A stretch of DNA of 64,000 bases from Eledone cirrhosa (taxonomy: Eukaryota). The stretch spans positions 82,708,001-82,772,000 of the forward strand of contig OZ024741.1 in NCBI GenBank assembly GCA_964016885.1, in the 5' to 3' direction. The notes below the pieces were generated by a model, which was given only the letters and a program-made list of their open reading frames with translations, made no database searches and was not told the origin of the DNA. Of the stretch, positions 40,886-55,400 are shown one piece after another. The stretch's first letter is position 1; every line of letters begins with the position of its first letter. Made by a program: the position numbers and the translations under genes.

Positions 40886-43800
40886 CTTGATTTCTTTATT
40901 AACCACAAGGGTTTACATAAAGTAGACATTAAGGACAGTGCAGGACAATACAGGACGGTACAAAAGGGCATTTCTGCGTGTAAAGAACAAAAACAGAGGA
41001 TGTAACAAAAAAATAACAATGAAAAATTCCCCAATAAGGGGGAGATTTCGGAGGGACATTTGTGGAGAAAGCCCAGTAAAAGGCCACAGTGACCCTGACC
41101 ACCAAGGCAAGTGCCCTCTCCCCGTTTTCCACATTTAACAGATACGTACTCAGAGTAGGCCCATTCACTCGGGCCATTCTCTCTCTACCCTGATTTGAAA
41201 AAGTTAATCAGGGCATCACCGAAGAGGTAAGTGCTCGTCTTCAGCCCTTTCAAACGTGTCCACCATACTATCTCTTTCGCCATGACCACCAGACAGATAA
41301 AAACTGCCTGCCCTTCCCGGCTAAAGGAAGAGGGCGGGGCAATCCTCACGATGGACTCAGATGATAGCCTGATCCGTCCTGCACGCGACAGCAGGTGTTC
41401 GACATAAATCCACAAGTCAGCAATTTTCGGACACTGGACGAGTGCGTGCAGGACGGTTTCGTCGCCCTGCGCGCATCTCGGACATGCCCGGATGACGGCA
41501 CCTCCCTGCCTGTAGAGTTTATCCCGAACTGGCAAGGCTCCTCGGTAGCACTGCCAGGCCAGAGATTTCTGGCAGTTGTCCATAGGTCCCGGCCCGAAAG
41601 TTCTTCCGAAGAGAATGGCTAGTTGATTTTCGTCGACGCCTAGAGTTTACCCAAGTACGTCGTCGCTCTCCCCCTCCACTAATCCTCTATAGAACGCCGA
41701 GGTGGAGTTTCCACCGATCACATTGCCCGATTGGTCGAGGGCTGTGAGAGCCTGAAGACATTCCAGTCTCCAGGCGCTTCCTCTCGGTCTTCGCTTGACC
41801 AAGGACTCAGCTCCGTCAAAGAAACGAGCTGGGGAAATACGTGTCTAGCAAACGGCGACCACACCTGATCACCCTCAAGGAAGAGGTGGAGATGTCGTAG
41901 CCTGAGCGCGTGTCTGCGCATCATCAGCCACGGCATTCCCAGCCCTCCACGTAGCGGCTGTTGACAGCAGATGGAGCGCTTGACCATCGGAGCGCGTCCC
42001 TTCCACAAAAAGCGAAAGAGCAAACGCTCCAGCGCAGTCAGGCGGGGCTTAGGACAAGGTACGACGGTCAGGCGGTAGCAGATGACAGACGCAATGTACG
42101 CGTTAGCCACCTCCGCTCGACCTTTCAGGGATAGCTTCTTCTCCGCCCATTTCTGGGTGAGAGAAGCCACCCTGCACGTCACCTCGTCCCAGTTTTTGTC
42201 CGTCTGGAGGTCCGGACCGAACCAGACCCCTAGCAATCTAACCGGTCCGTCCGTCCAGCATCCGACGACGCTGTTGGACGGCATGGACCTGCCTCTCCAG
42301 GAGCTGAGCTGCAGGCCCACTGACTTTTCCTTGTTGATCATTGCTCCTGTCACCGCTTCGTATTCTCTTAGTGTAGTGCCGATCGCCTCGATGTGTTTGG
42401 CGTTCGACACCACTACGGTGACATCGTCTGGATATCCTCGGCTCATAGAACTGGGAATTCTCCCGTTCTGTTGCCAGTTCCAGTAGACGTCCGCCAAGAG
42501 GCCTCCGAACAAGTCTGGCATCTGTACGTAAAGTTCATAGGGCAGACAATCCAAACCAGGCGATTTACCCCTTGTGCAGCCAGTCATTGCCTGCCTTATC
42601 TCAGCGGCTGTTATCGGCTTTTCGCAACACTCCGCCTCAGTGGCAGAGAGCCGCGGCAGTCCGTCGAGGTAGACACTAAAGTCCATCACTCGACCCGGCC
42701 CACCGCTTCCCCCGAACAGCTTCACACATTTGCCCGGGATCGAGTAGCCTGCGCCCGTCGTGGTCCACCAAAGACCGGATCGTGGATTTGTTGCCACGAC
42801 GCGCCTCCGCCACTCGGGCCCATTGAACGGCTTTCGTCCCCTCGTGTCTGAGAGCACGCACACTAGCTCTGACAACGCAGCCTTCGTGCTTTGCATTGAA
42901 GAATTGGTCAAGGGCCAATTTCGCCGCAAGTACGTCGGTCGCGATGCCTTTGCTAATTATCCCTCTCCTCTATTTTTCTCTATTGCTAAAGCCTTACTAA
43001 AACTAATGGACTCTATTCTAATTGCTCTTTTCAGAGCAAACCACCACTTGTTGTTGACGATGGCCCGTCAACGCCCGCTTAACTAGTTCGCTAATCCGGT
43101 CTCTGTAGGCCTTACGCGCTGGTAAGGACGCGTTTAGCTTCCAGTAGCCTGGTCCTCGTCTATGAAGCCTATCTAAGTCAAGCACACAGATCACGAATTT
43201 GTGGTCTGTGTAGCTGACTATCTTGAATTGTGGACAGCCTATGCTAGACCTATCTATTTCTCTACAAAATACTCTATCTAGATATGATCTGAATGACCCT
43301 ATGCGGTTTGTCCAAATCCACATTGGCACATTCGGGAAATCAAATCGGTAGCTCTCAGACAGTTGAAAACGCCTGAGCAGGTTGGTGAGGCTGTTGCACC
43401 CTCCTCCCCTATCCGATAATCCCACATAGTCCCAGCGTGCATCTAAGATCCCGTTCCAGTCGCCCACTAACACTAAAGAGCGGGACGTTCCAAGAAAGGT
43501 CTCCAGACGCCGGAATAAATCAGGCCTCCCTACTCCTGTCGGGGCATAGACGGCCACTAGCCTGAAAGCTTGCCCGTCTCCGCTGGTCACGTCTAGCACC
43601 ACCAACTTACCTTCTGCGTCCAGGAAGATGGCCCGTATGGCGAGATCCAAACATCTCCGAAAAAGCACAGCAACTCCTCCCCCCGACCCCGGACGGCTGG
43701 GAGATGCGTACATATCGTAGCCGCCGAAGATCGGTGCGAAGGCCCGTGCTTCCGAGAATCTAGTGTCGCTGATGGCCACTACATCTTTGTTTGGTGACCT

Positions 43801-45935
43801 GAGGTCGTTGAGCAGGTGGCCCTGCTTCCATGGTGACCCATGCCACGCGCATTTATGCTGCCTATTCTGAGTGAGGTAATGTTGAAATGGAGTGGAACAG
43901 ATGGCAAAGACCACTTACCTTACTTCTCGTAGAGGAAGGATGGTTTGTCCATCCTTGTCACTGCTTGTGGCCTCCTCCGGAAGGATGTCCTTATAAATCC
44001 TCCTGGAGAGTGTTTGTCGGAAGTCTCCGATGTCTTTGGGGAATTTTTGTTTTAGTGTCGTGTACGTTTTCTGTGTGATGCGAGTGATTTGTATGTGTGG
44101 AGGTGGTGTGAACTGTTGGGTGGTCGTGTAGTCTTTTTCTGTGATGCTGGTGCCGTGTTGCATCTAGTGTAATAATTGGTTGTTGTTCAAATTTAATGCT
44201 GTGTAGTGTGTATCGTTTTGGTTGTTTTGTTTTGTTTGCGTTTGTTGTGGGTTTGTTTCTGTTACGCTTTTTAGTGACTTTTGTGGTGTTGGTGATGGTG
44301 GTGTGGGGGTTAATGATGGTGATGGTGTTGGTATTTGTGGTGATGGGGTTGGTGATGTTGGTGTGGATGGTGGCATATCTGTCTTAACTTTCTTGTTTGA
44401 TAATTTATTTGTTTCCCTCTGTATTTTATTTTTGGAGTTGGAGGGAAGAGAATTTTTTCTTTTTTGGTTTCTTTTTTCTTTTTTCCTGATACCGTTTCCC
44501 ACTCCTCGTCGTCACAATCTGTCTCCAGTTGCGATAAGCCGGAGTGTGGAAAATCCTCCACAGGCGTTGGTTTTGGTTGTGGCGTGGTGGATGGTGTAGG
44601 CGCTGGTGCTAGTTCTGGCGCGTTGGGTGGTGGTTGTGTTGGTTTTGCTACTGTTGCTGGGGTTGTTACTGTTACAGTTGCATCTGTAGTTGCTGCTACA
44701 GTGGTTGCTGCTATTTCTACTGCTGGTGGTGTTGATGGTTGAGTCACTGGGGTGGGTAAGAGAGGTGGCCTCAACCTTTTAGACAGAGGGCAGAAAACCC
44801 TTAGGTGGGTTCCTTCATCACAAACGACACACCTAGGTCTTCTGCCCTCGATGATTACGGTGAGGTGGCTGCCGTCAGTGAGGTCTATTACCTCCGGAAT
44901 CTCCTCAATGCTTTTTTAGTCCGCTTGGATCAGGAGCTCCATCCCAGATCCGGACCCGTTTTCCTGCTTTTCTTTTACTATTTCTATTATTTTGGTGTTG
45001 GCCTCGAAGCCGGCGAGGACGGCAGCCATTAGCCAGGGAATTTCGATGGCTGGTGGAACGTGGGTCACCCTGATCTTCATAAGTCTCTGGCCACAATATC
45101 TTGGGATGAGTGTGAAGTCGTCACTTCTTAATGGGGCCATGGAGTGCTCTCTGGCCTCCTGTGGTGTTTTAAAGAACACGTCACCGGTTCCATATTTCTG
45201 CCCACGTCTGATGTGGGTTTTCTTTGCCCACACATGTCCCAAAGCTTTTTGGATTTGGGACTCGGATGCCTGTTCCACTCGGCGCGACTTTATGTTAATT
45301 GTCCGATAATACACGGTGCATAGGCGACGTTGCTCCAATTTATTAGGTGGGTGGCGGGTGAGGCTGACCCTGTACCCATCTTTCTTTACCATTCCTTTGG
45401 CTTCTTCTAATTCCTTCTGAGTTACATGGATCACTTCGCACGTTTTTGCTACTCTGGCAAAACTCTGGGTAGTTTTCTTAATGTCATTGTTGCTGTTGTT
45501 GTTATCGTTATTTTTACTAGTAATTTTAGTTTCAGTTGTGGTGGTGGTGGTGGCGTCAGTGGAAGAGTTCATTTTGGTTGAATTCATTTCGATATCACGA
45601 GTTAATATATTTTTTCTTTTGTTTCTGTTGTCGCTGTGGTGGTGGAGGTGGTGGTTGTCGCGTTAGTGGTGGTGGCGGCTTTAACACCTGCAGTCATTGG
45701 TAATGGCGGGAAATGAACGTCTGCCTGAGACAAATTAAAAATATTGCTACTGCTTACAATTCCAGTGTTGGCAAACGTAGCAATATTTACAATGGTGGTG
45801 TCGGTGTGAGGTGTTGGATTCTGAGGAAGGAGTGACTCTGAGTCATACATTATTTGTCAAAGAAATATTTTTGTTTGATAATTATAAAAAGTTTAAATTT
45901 TGGGCTCAAGGCCCCAATATTGTTGAGTGTCCTTT
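40886..45935 (-). mobile_element. Decayed Tx1/L1-clade LINE (ORF1 with zinc knuckle; ORF2 APE-RT-zinc finger)
   Basis: ORF1 ~44164-45587 with IEGRRPR-CVVCDEGTHLRVFC after a premature stop; APE 43018-43914 (VYAP, GDWN, SYLDR, TDH); RT KSPGLDCLPYE joined to YPDD (internal deletion); CPRC..ETVLHALVQC; (AAT)n at the 3' end. Confidence 0.9.
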
Positions 45936-46065
45936 TCAGAAATCAATGTATGTGCACTTATATACAGTTAACAATAAACATATTCCATGAATGGCAATTT
46001 TAAGGAACTGAAAATAACAAACATGTGCGGAACTCATGATGATACGATTTACTACGTAGGTCGCC

Positions 46066-46134
<69 letters not shown>

Positions 46135-46427
46135 TAATAATAATAAAAAAAAGCATTGAGGAGATTCCGGAGGTAATAGACCTTCATATTAGGACTCGAA
46201 CTGCGACATAAACCTATATGTTCACACTCACACGTAACCACGCGCAGACACACTCACATGCACGCACACACACACATACACACACACACACACATACATA
46301 CATACATACATACATACATACATACATACATACATACATACATAGAGGCACACATATATATATAAACATACATACATACACAGTGTGAGGTGAACATAAA
46401 CTAAATTTCGAAAGAAGGAAGTACAAA

Positions 46428-46486
<59 letters not shown>

Positions 46487-47608
46487 GAGATAGAATGTTG
46501 CTGAACAAAAAGAAATGGATAGGAAGACTAGGAAGCTATTGACTATCTACAATATGTTCCACAAGAGGAGTGATGTCGATAGACTCTACTTAAGGAGATC
46601 TGAGGGTGGAAGAGGTCTTATCAGCATAGAGGACTGTGTTCAGATGGAGAAAAACAACCTATACAAATACGTGACCTATAGTAAGGAGCCAATGCTCAGA
46701 ACTGTACTGAAGGAGGGGACAGTAGGCCAGGGGATGTCCAAGGAGGAAATAACATCAAGGAGGAAGAGCAGCCTTAAGGGAAAATCCCTTCATAGTACCT
46801 TCTTTGAGAAAACTGAATTTAGAGATCCACAGACATGGAACTGGTTGAGAAGAGGAGACCTCAAAAAGGCTACAGAAGGAATGCTAATGGCTGCGCAGGA
46901 GCAGGCCCTCAAAACGAAGTGGTTGAAGCACCATATTTACAAGGAGGAGGCTAGTCCACTGTGCAGGATCTGTGGAGAGAGAGAGGAGACTGTGGCTCAC
47001 ATTGTGTCCGAGTGTAAACACCTAGCCCAGACCCAATATAAGGGCTGGAGACACGATGTGATGGGCAGGGTGATCCACTGGCACCTGTGCAAAGTAAACA
47101 ATTTACCACATTCTGAGAAATGGTATGAGCATAGGCCAGAGGCGGTGATGGAGAACAATCAGGTGAAGGTGCTGTGGGATTTTAGGATACAGACGGACAA
47201 AAAACTGGAACACAATAGACCTGACCTGGTGGTTGTGGACAAAGAAAAAAGATCGTGTCTGATTGTGGATGTGGCCTGCCCGTTCGACACGAGAGTGCAA
47301 GAGAAGGAGAGGGAGAAAATTATCCGATACCAGGACCTAAAGTGGGAGATGAACAGGATTTGGAACTGCCATGAAGTCAAAGTGATCCCGATTGTCATAG
47401 GCGCACTGGGGACTATCTCCAAAAGTTTCCAGGGATGGTTAAAGAAAATCGGCCCCGTCACGCTTTTTGGAACGCTTCAAAAGGCATGCTTGCTTGGAAC
47501 AGCAAGAACCCTCCGATACGTCCTGAATATCTGAGGCTGCAGGTAGTGGCTTGATATTCAATCCAACGGACTTTCCAGTTAACCAACATCAATGACTGAG
47601 ATTCAAGG
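46487..47608 (+). mobile_element. R4/Dong-type non-LTR retrotransposon, 5'-truncated copy A
   Basis: ORF 46515-47534 with a CCHC knuckle and RLE motif RPDLVVVDK..IVDVACP; (AAT)n on both sides. Confidence 0.9.
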
Positions 47609-47620
47609 AATAACAACAAC

Positions 47621-47656
<36 letters not shown>

Positions 47657-50600
47657 TAGGGAAGAAGACGCACGAGGTGGTAGAAGGTCATGAAATCGCT
47701 GCCGTAAGTTTTGAATTTTTAACATATTTAAATCATTTGTGAAATAACAACTCTTAGTACAAATGCTACGTAAAGCATCCGGCTTGAGCCCCAAAAAATT
47801 TCGGACCCCAAATATATTGATATAAGGCTCAAATATTCAAATATTCAACTTTGTATTGTACATTGTATATTCAAAAAAGAAAATTGCTATAAATGGAAGA
47901 AGAACCCCCCCTCCTCTGTCTACACTATATAGAACAGCCAAACAACACCAATCTCACCAACACCAGAAACTTGATATACCACCTACCCCATCACCTCTCT
48001 GTCTACACTAAACACAACAGCCAGATAACGGCAATTTCACCACCAACACAACCAATCTTAACATAATAAGGATAATAATAAATACTATTATTATTGTCCC
48101 AAGTCTTAACAAACTGTTTAATCCCAACATTAAGGGAATTTAGGTCAACACATATACGCGACTAACCCCATAGATTCACCGAACGGACATCAGTCCTTCA
48201 TTGCTACCACCGCTACAACAACACCATCACTACTGCCATCATTACTACCACTATCCCATCACCGCCGCCGCCACTCCTTCATTGCTACCACCGCTACAAG
48301 ACCATCACTACAGTAATACGATCACATCACCACCACCACTGTCTCGGTATCGACATCACCACCACCACTGTCTCAGTATCGCCACCGCCGCTACTGTCTC
48401 CCATTGCTTCTGCTAGTTGTTGCCACCACATTATAGAATTCCTACTAAAAAAGAGCAAGGCATCAAAATATATAGATAGACTCAAAAGAAAAAAGAAAAA
48501 AACAAACATCAAAACCAAAACAGCACAGCAACAACAGCAAAAAACGAGAAAAACAGAGAAAAACAAATACAAAAAACAAAAAAAAACGTAAAGAAAATAA
48601 GAATGAAGAGGGAAACAAGCGGACGGACAGAGAAGAGAAGGGAAAAACTAAGTCAGACATTCGAACACTACATTACAATGAAACTTATGCTTATTCATTT
48701 TTGGGGTTTTTCCTGCCTGTGTGTTTGTTTGTTTATTTGTGTTCGTCTACAGCGTGGTGATAATGCCACACAAGTGCCAAATGGAGCGGCGCAACCACCG
48801 GAGACGGTGAATCCACAGATGGCTATGTAACCATACATTCGCCAATCCTCGATAAGAGTGTTTAAATATCGAACCTAAACAGTTCGAATAACGGTGAAAT
48901 GGAGACGAGAACGTCATGTGACAGACTCTCACCCAACAGGTGCTCCCTGGCTCAGCAGCAGGAACCTGACTGTCAACCAAATACTGCTGGTGTTGGAGGA
49001 AGAAGAAGAAGGAAAGGGGCCAGAACCAACTGGACGAAAGAATTGAATAGAACTGTTATGCAATGTTACCTGAAAAGTAACCCCAAGGAGAGGGGCTATA
49101 GGAGACGGATGCATAACATCTGGAACGAGATTGGTCTATTTAATTAGATGAACAAAAATTGGCCGGGCAGGCTCGGGTAATAAGAACTAATGGGTGGATA
49201 AGCGAGCTGGAACTGGAGGAACTGAGCAGAGAGAATAGCTTGGAGATGGAGGGTGTAGTATGCCAGACAAACGAGCCAGTGGGAAATGAAGGTGAAGAGG
49301 TCGAGAGAACGGAGGAACCACCCGAAGCAGACAATGATCTGAATACTGAGATAAATAATACCTGGAACAGAGATACGGTCACTGAGGAGATGAATACTGA
49401 CGGGCTAGGACAAGATTCGGTTGACATCCTAAATTTAGTGGTAGATGAATTGAACAATGATAATGGGAGACCTATGAACCTGAGATTTGTAGACAGGAAA
49501 AAGTTAAAAGAAACAACAGCTAGTGTAAACAAAGTCATCCCATACCTTGAGGCGAGGAGCCTTCACCAGTGCAACAATATCCTCAAAGCAACAGCAAATA
49601 CGGTGAGGAAACTACTTGGTATAAAAGCGAGAGGAAACAACAGACAAGAAAGAGCAGAGCCTTGGTGGAAGAAACGACAGAGTTGTCAAATCAAGGAAAT
49701 GAGAAATGACATAGGAAAGCTTGAGTCACTACAGAATGGGACACTAAAAAACATAGGCACTAAAAATAGACTGGAAAAAAAGTACAACACTAGGAGGAAA
49801 AAGCTAAATATTATCATATAGGAACCGAAGTAACGCATTGTAGCAAAGAGTTCAAAAATCAGGCGATACGAGAACAGAGTCAGTCAGTATAAACAGAACC
49901 GCATGTTCGACAACAACCAGAAGATGCTGTTTGGACAGCTTGATTGGAAAGAAAGAGGCAACGACTTGATCCCTGAGGCGGAACAAACTAAAACATTCTG
50001 GAGAGGAATATGGGAGCAGGATGTTAGACATAATGACCAGGCAGGGCGGATTGAGACAGTACAGAGGGAGATCGGTGAGCAGGCACACCAACAAACTGAT
50101 TTGAGTATCACAGTTGAAACTCTTAAGGGGCAGGCCAAAAAACTAACCAACTGGAAATCACCAGGCCCAGATGGTGTGCAGGGGTATTGGATTAAAAATA
50201 TAACATCCCTCCACCCGAAACTGACGGCCATGTTCAATGACTGCTTGGTGTCGGGTGAGGTACCAGAGTGGTTGACAAAAGGTACCACAGTTCTGATAAT
50301 GAAAGACCGAATCAAGGGTAATGATGTTACCAACTATAGACCTATCACATGTCTGTCCGTAATGTGGAAACTGTTGACGAGCATTGTGTCTGAGGAAATC
50401 TACCAACACCTCCACACAAACAACTTGTTACCGGACGAACAGAAAGGATGCCGAAAGAAGTCACGTAGTACAAAGGACCAGTTACTTATTGATAAAATGG
50501 TAATGGGGAATTGCAGGAGGAGACACACTGATCTTGCCAGGGGATGGATAGACTACAGAAAGGCATTTGACATGGTGCCTCATTCTTGGTTCACCAAAAG

Positions 50601-52363
50601 CCTGGAGATCTTCAAGGTAGCAGATAACATCAGACAGTTGCTGGACAGGAGTATGGGGTCATGGGAGACAGAGTTGACATCAACTGGAGAATCCTTGGGA
50701 AGCGTGAAGATCAAGAGAGGTATCTTCCAGTGAGATAGCCTGTCCCCTCTGTTGTTTGTCCTTGCCCTGATGCCCTTGACCATTATGCTGCGAAAAGTGA
50801 GAGCAGGATAAAAGTTGGGAAAGGGAGAGCTTACCATCAATCACCTCCTCTTCATGGACGATCTTAAGCTCTGCGGGAAGAGTGAGAAGGAGTTGGATGT
50901 GCTTGTTGACACTGTCCGTATTTTCAGCAGTGATATATGTATGCAGTTTGGTATTAATAAGTGTGGAGTCATTGTGATGAGGAGGGTTAGGTTGAGCAGA
51001 AGTAACGGAATCCAGATACCAACAGGTGAGATGATAAAGGAAATTGACTCTGAGCAAGGATACAAGTATTTGGGCGTTCTGGAGGCTGATGGCATAAAGA
51101 AAAAAAAAATGAAGGAATTGTTAAGAACTGAATACATTCGGAGAATAAGGAGCGTATTGAAGTCACATCTGAACAGCAGAAATGCCAGAAGCGCAGTAAA
51201 TTCCCGAGCTGTGTCTATTATTAGGTACAGTGCGGGAATTCTGAGATGGAATGTTGCTGAACAAAAAGAAATAGATAGGAAGACTAGGAAGCTATTGACT
51301 ATCTACAACATGTTCCACAAGAGGAGTGATGTCGATAGACTCTACCTGAGGAGATCTGAGGGTGGAAGAGGTCTTATCAGCATAGAGGACTGTGTTCAGA
51401 TGGAGAAAAACAACCTATACAAATACGTGAGTGATAGTAAGGAGCCAATGCTCAGACCTGTACTGAAGGAGGGGACAGTAGGCCAGGGGATGTCCAAGTA
51501 GGAAATAACATCAAGGAGAAAGAGCAGCCTTCAGGGAAAATCCCTTCATAGTACCTTCTTTGAGAAAACTGAATTTAGAGATCCACAGACATGGAACTGG
51601 TTGAGAAGAGGAGACCTCAAAAAGGCTACAGGAGGAATGTTAATGGCTGCGCAGGAGCAGGCCCTCAAAACGAAGTGGTTGAAACACCATATTTACAAGG
51701 AGGAGGCTAGCCCACTGTGCAGGATCTGTGGAGAGAGAGAGGAGACTGTGGATCACATTGTATCCGAGTGTAAACACCTAGCCCAGACCCACTATAAGGG
51801 CTGGAGACATGATGTGATGGGCAGGGTGATCCACTGGCACATGTGCAAAGTAAACAATTTACCACATTCTGAGAAATGGTATGAGCATAGGCCAGAGGCG
51901 GTGATGGAGAACGATCAGGTGAAGGTGCTGTGGGATTTTAGGATACAGACGGACAATCAACTGGAACACAATAAACCTGACCTGGTGGTTGTGGACAAAG
52001 AAAAAAGAGCGTGTCTGATTGTGGATGTGGCCTGCCCATTCGACACCAGAGTGCAAGAGAAGGAGAGGGAGAAAATTAACTGATACCAGGACTTAAAGTG
52101 GGAGGTAAAAAGGATTTGGAACTGCCATGAAGTCAAAGTGATCCCGATTGTCATAGGCGCACTGGGGACTATCTCCAAAAGTTTCCAGTGATGGTGAAAG
52201 AAAATCGGCCCCTTCACGCTTTTTGGAACGCTTCAAATGGCATGCTTGCTGGGAACAGCAAGAACCCTCCGATACGTCCTGAATATCTGAGGCTGCACGT
52301 AGTGGCTTGATATTCATTCCAACGGACTTACCAGTTAACCAACATCAATGACTGAGATTCAAG

Positions 52364-52364
<1 letters not shown>
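47657..52364 (+). mobile_element. R4/Dong-type element, apparently full-length decayed copy B
   Basis: ~1.2-kb 5' region plus ORF 48899-52290, colinear with 53461-56853 but with several stops and frameshifts. Confidence 0.9.
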
Positions 52365-52423
<59 letters not shown>

Positions 52424-52425
<2 letters not shown>

Positions 52426-55400
52426 CATGAAATCGCTCCCGTAAGTTTTGAATTTTTAACATATTTAAACCATTTGTGAAATAACAACTCTTAGCACAAA
52501 TGCTACGTAAAGCACCCGGCTTGAGCCCCAAAAAATTCGGACCCAAAATATATTGTTATAAGGCTCAAATATTCAAATATTCAACTTTGTATTGTACACT
52601 GTATATCCAAAAAAAAAAATGGCTATAAATGGAAGAAGAACCCCTCCCCTCCTCTCCTCTGGCTACACTATATAGGACAGCTAAACTCACCAACACCAGA
52701 AACTAGATACACCACCCACCCCATCATCTGTGTACACTAAACACAACAGCCAGATAACAACACATTTTCACCTTCACCGCCACCGCTCACTACGGCCATC
52801 ATTACCACCACTATCCCATCACCGCCGCCACCACCCCTTGACTCCGCTACAGCACCATCACTACAGTAATACGGTCACATCACCGCCACCACTGCCTCGG
52901 TATCGACATCACAACCACCACTGTCTCAGTATCGCTAACGCCGCCAGTCTCCCACTTCCCTGCTGGCTGCTACTTCCACATTATAGAATTCCTACTACTA
53001 ACAAAGAGGAAGGCATCAAAATATATAGATAGACCCAAAAGAAAAAAGAAAAAAGAAACAACAAAACCAAAGCAGCACAGCAACAACAGCAAAAAACGAG
53101 AAAAACAAACAGAGAAAAACAAAAACAAAAAAAGAAACCCCAAAAACGTAAAGAAAATAAGAATGAAGAGAGAAGCAGGCGGACGGACAGAGAAGAGGGG
53201 GAAAAAGTAAAACTTAAAAAACTAAAACTAAGTCAGACATTCGAACACTACATTACAATGAAACTTATGCTTATTCATTTCTGGGGCCCTTTCTGCCTGT
53301 GTGTTTGTTTGTTTATGTGTGTTCGTATACAGCGTGGTGATAATGCCACACAAGGGCCAAGTGGGATGGCGGATCCACAGATGGCTATGTAAACATACAT
53401 TCGCCAATCCTCGATAAGAGTGTTTAAATATCGAACATAAACAGTTCGAATAACGGTGAAATGGAGACTAGAACGTCATGTGACAGACTCTCACCCAACA
53501 GGTGCCCCCTGGCTCAGCAGCAGGAACCTGACTGTCAACCAAATACTGCTGATGTTGGAGGAAGGAGGAGAAGGAAAGGGGCCAGAACCAACTGGACGAA
53601 AGAATTGAATAGAACTGTTATGCAATGCTACCTGAAAAGTAACCCCAAGGAGAGGGGCTACAGGAGACGGATGCATAACATCTGGAACGAGATTGGTTTA
53701 TTTAAATTAGATGAACAAAAATTGGCCGGGCAGGCTCGGGTAATAAGAACTAATGGGTGGATAAGCGAGCTGGAACTGGAGGAACTGAGCAGAGAGAATG
53801 GCTTGGAGATGGCGGGTGTAGTATGCCAGACAAGCGAGCCGGTGGGAAATGAAGGTGAGGAGGTCCTGAGAACGGAGGAACCACCCGAAGCAGACAATGA
53901 TCTGAGTACTGAGATAAATAATACCTGGAACAGAGATACGGCCACTGAGGAGATGAATGCTGACGGGCTAGGACAAGATTCGGTTGACATCCTAAATTTA
54001 GTGGTAGATGAATTGAACAATGATAGTGGGAGACCTATGAACCTAAGATTTGTAGACAGGAAAAAGTTAAAAGAAACAACAGCTAAGGTAAACAAAGTCA
54101 TCCCATACCTTGAGGCGAGGAGCCTTCACCAGTGCAACAATATCCTCAGAGCAACAGCAAATACGGTGAGGAAACTACTTGGTATAAAAGCGAGAGGAAA
54201 CAACAGACAAGAAAGAGCAGAGCCGTGGTGGAAGAAGCGACTGAGTGGGCAAATCGGGGAAATGAGAAATGACATAGGAAAGCTTGAGTCACTACTGAAT
54301 GGGACACTAAAAAACATAGGCACTAAAAATAGACTGGAAATAAAATACAAAACTAGGAGTAAAAAGCTAAATATTATCATAGAGGAATTGAAGCAACGCA
54401 TTGTAGCAAAGAGTGCAAAAATCAGGCGATACGAGAACAGAGTCAGTCAGTATAAACAGAACCGCATGTTCGACAACAACCAGAAGATGCTGTTTGGACA
54501 GCTTGAGGGCAAAGAAAGAGGCAACGACTTGATCCCTGGGGCGGAACAAACTAAAACATTCTGGAGAGGAATATGGGAGCAGGATGTTAGACACAATGCC
54601 CAGGCAGGGTGGATTGAGACAGTACAGAGGGAGATCGGTGAGCAGGCACAGCAACAGACTGATTTGAGTATCACAGTTGAAACTCTTAAGGGGCAAGCCA
54701 AAAAACTAACCAACTGGAAATCACCAGGCCCAGATGGTGTGCAGGGGTATTGGATTAAACATCTAACATCCCTCCACCCGAAGCTGACGGCCATGTTCAA
54801 TGACTGCTTGGTGTCGGGTGAGGTGCCAGAGTGGTTGACAAAAGGTACCACAGTTCTGATAATGAAAGACCGAATCAAGGGTAATGATGCTACCAAATAT
54901 AGACCTATCACATGTCTGCCCGTAATGTGGAAACTGTTGACGAGCATTGTCTCTGAGGAAATCTACCATCACCTCCACACAAACAACTTGTTACCGGACG
55001 AACAGAAAGGATGCCGAAAGAAGTCACGTGGTACAAAAGACCAGTTGCTTATTGATAAGATGGCAATGGGGAATGGCAGGAGGAGACACACTGATCTTGC
55101 CATGGGATGGATAGACTACAGAAAGGCATTTGACATGGTGCCTCATTCCTGGATCACCAAAAGCCTGGAGATCTTCAGGGTGGCGGATAACATCAGACAG
55201 TTGCTGCGCAGGAGTATGGGGTCCTGGGAGACAGAGTTGACATCAACTGGAGTATCCTTGGGAAGCGTGAAGATCAAGAGAGGTATCTTCCAGGGAGATA
55301 GCCTGTCCCCTCTGTTGTTTGTCCTTGCCCTCATGCCCTTGACCATTATGCTGCGAAAAGTGAGAGCAGGATACAAGTTGGGAAGGGGAGAGCTTACCAT

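Noticed and set aside
44785-44917. Hairpin plus T-run suggesting an inserted Pol III RNA
   Set aside because: The minus strand encodes the continuous ORF1 zinc knuckle region (IEGRRPRCVVCDEGTHLRVFC).
47657-48898. HDV-like ribozyme or His/Pro-rich ORF in the R4/Dong 5' UTR
   Set aside because: I could not build the nested double pseudoknot by eye, and the ORFs are CCA-rich low complexity and differ between copies B and C.
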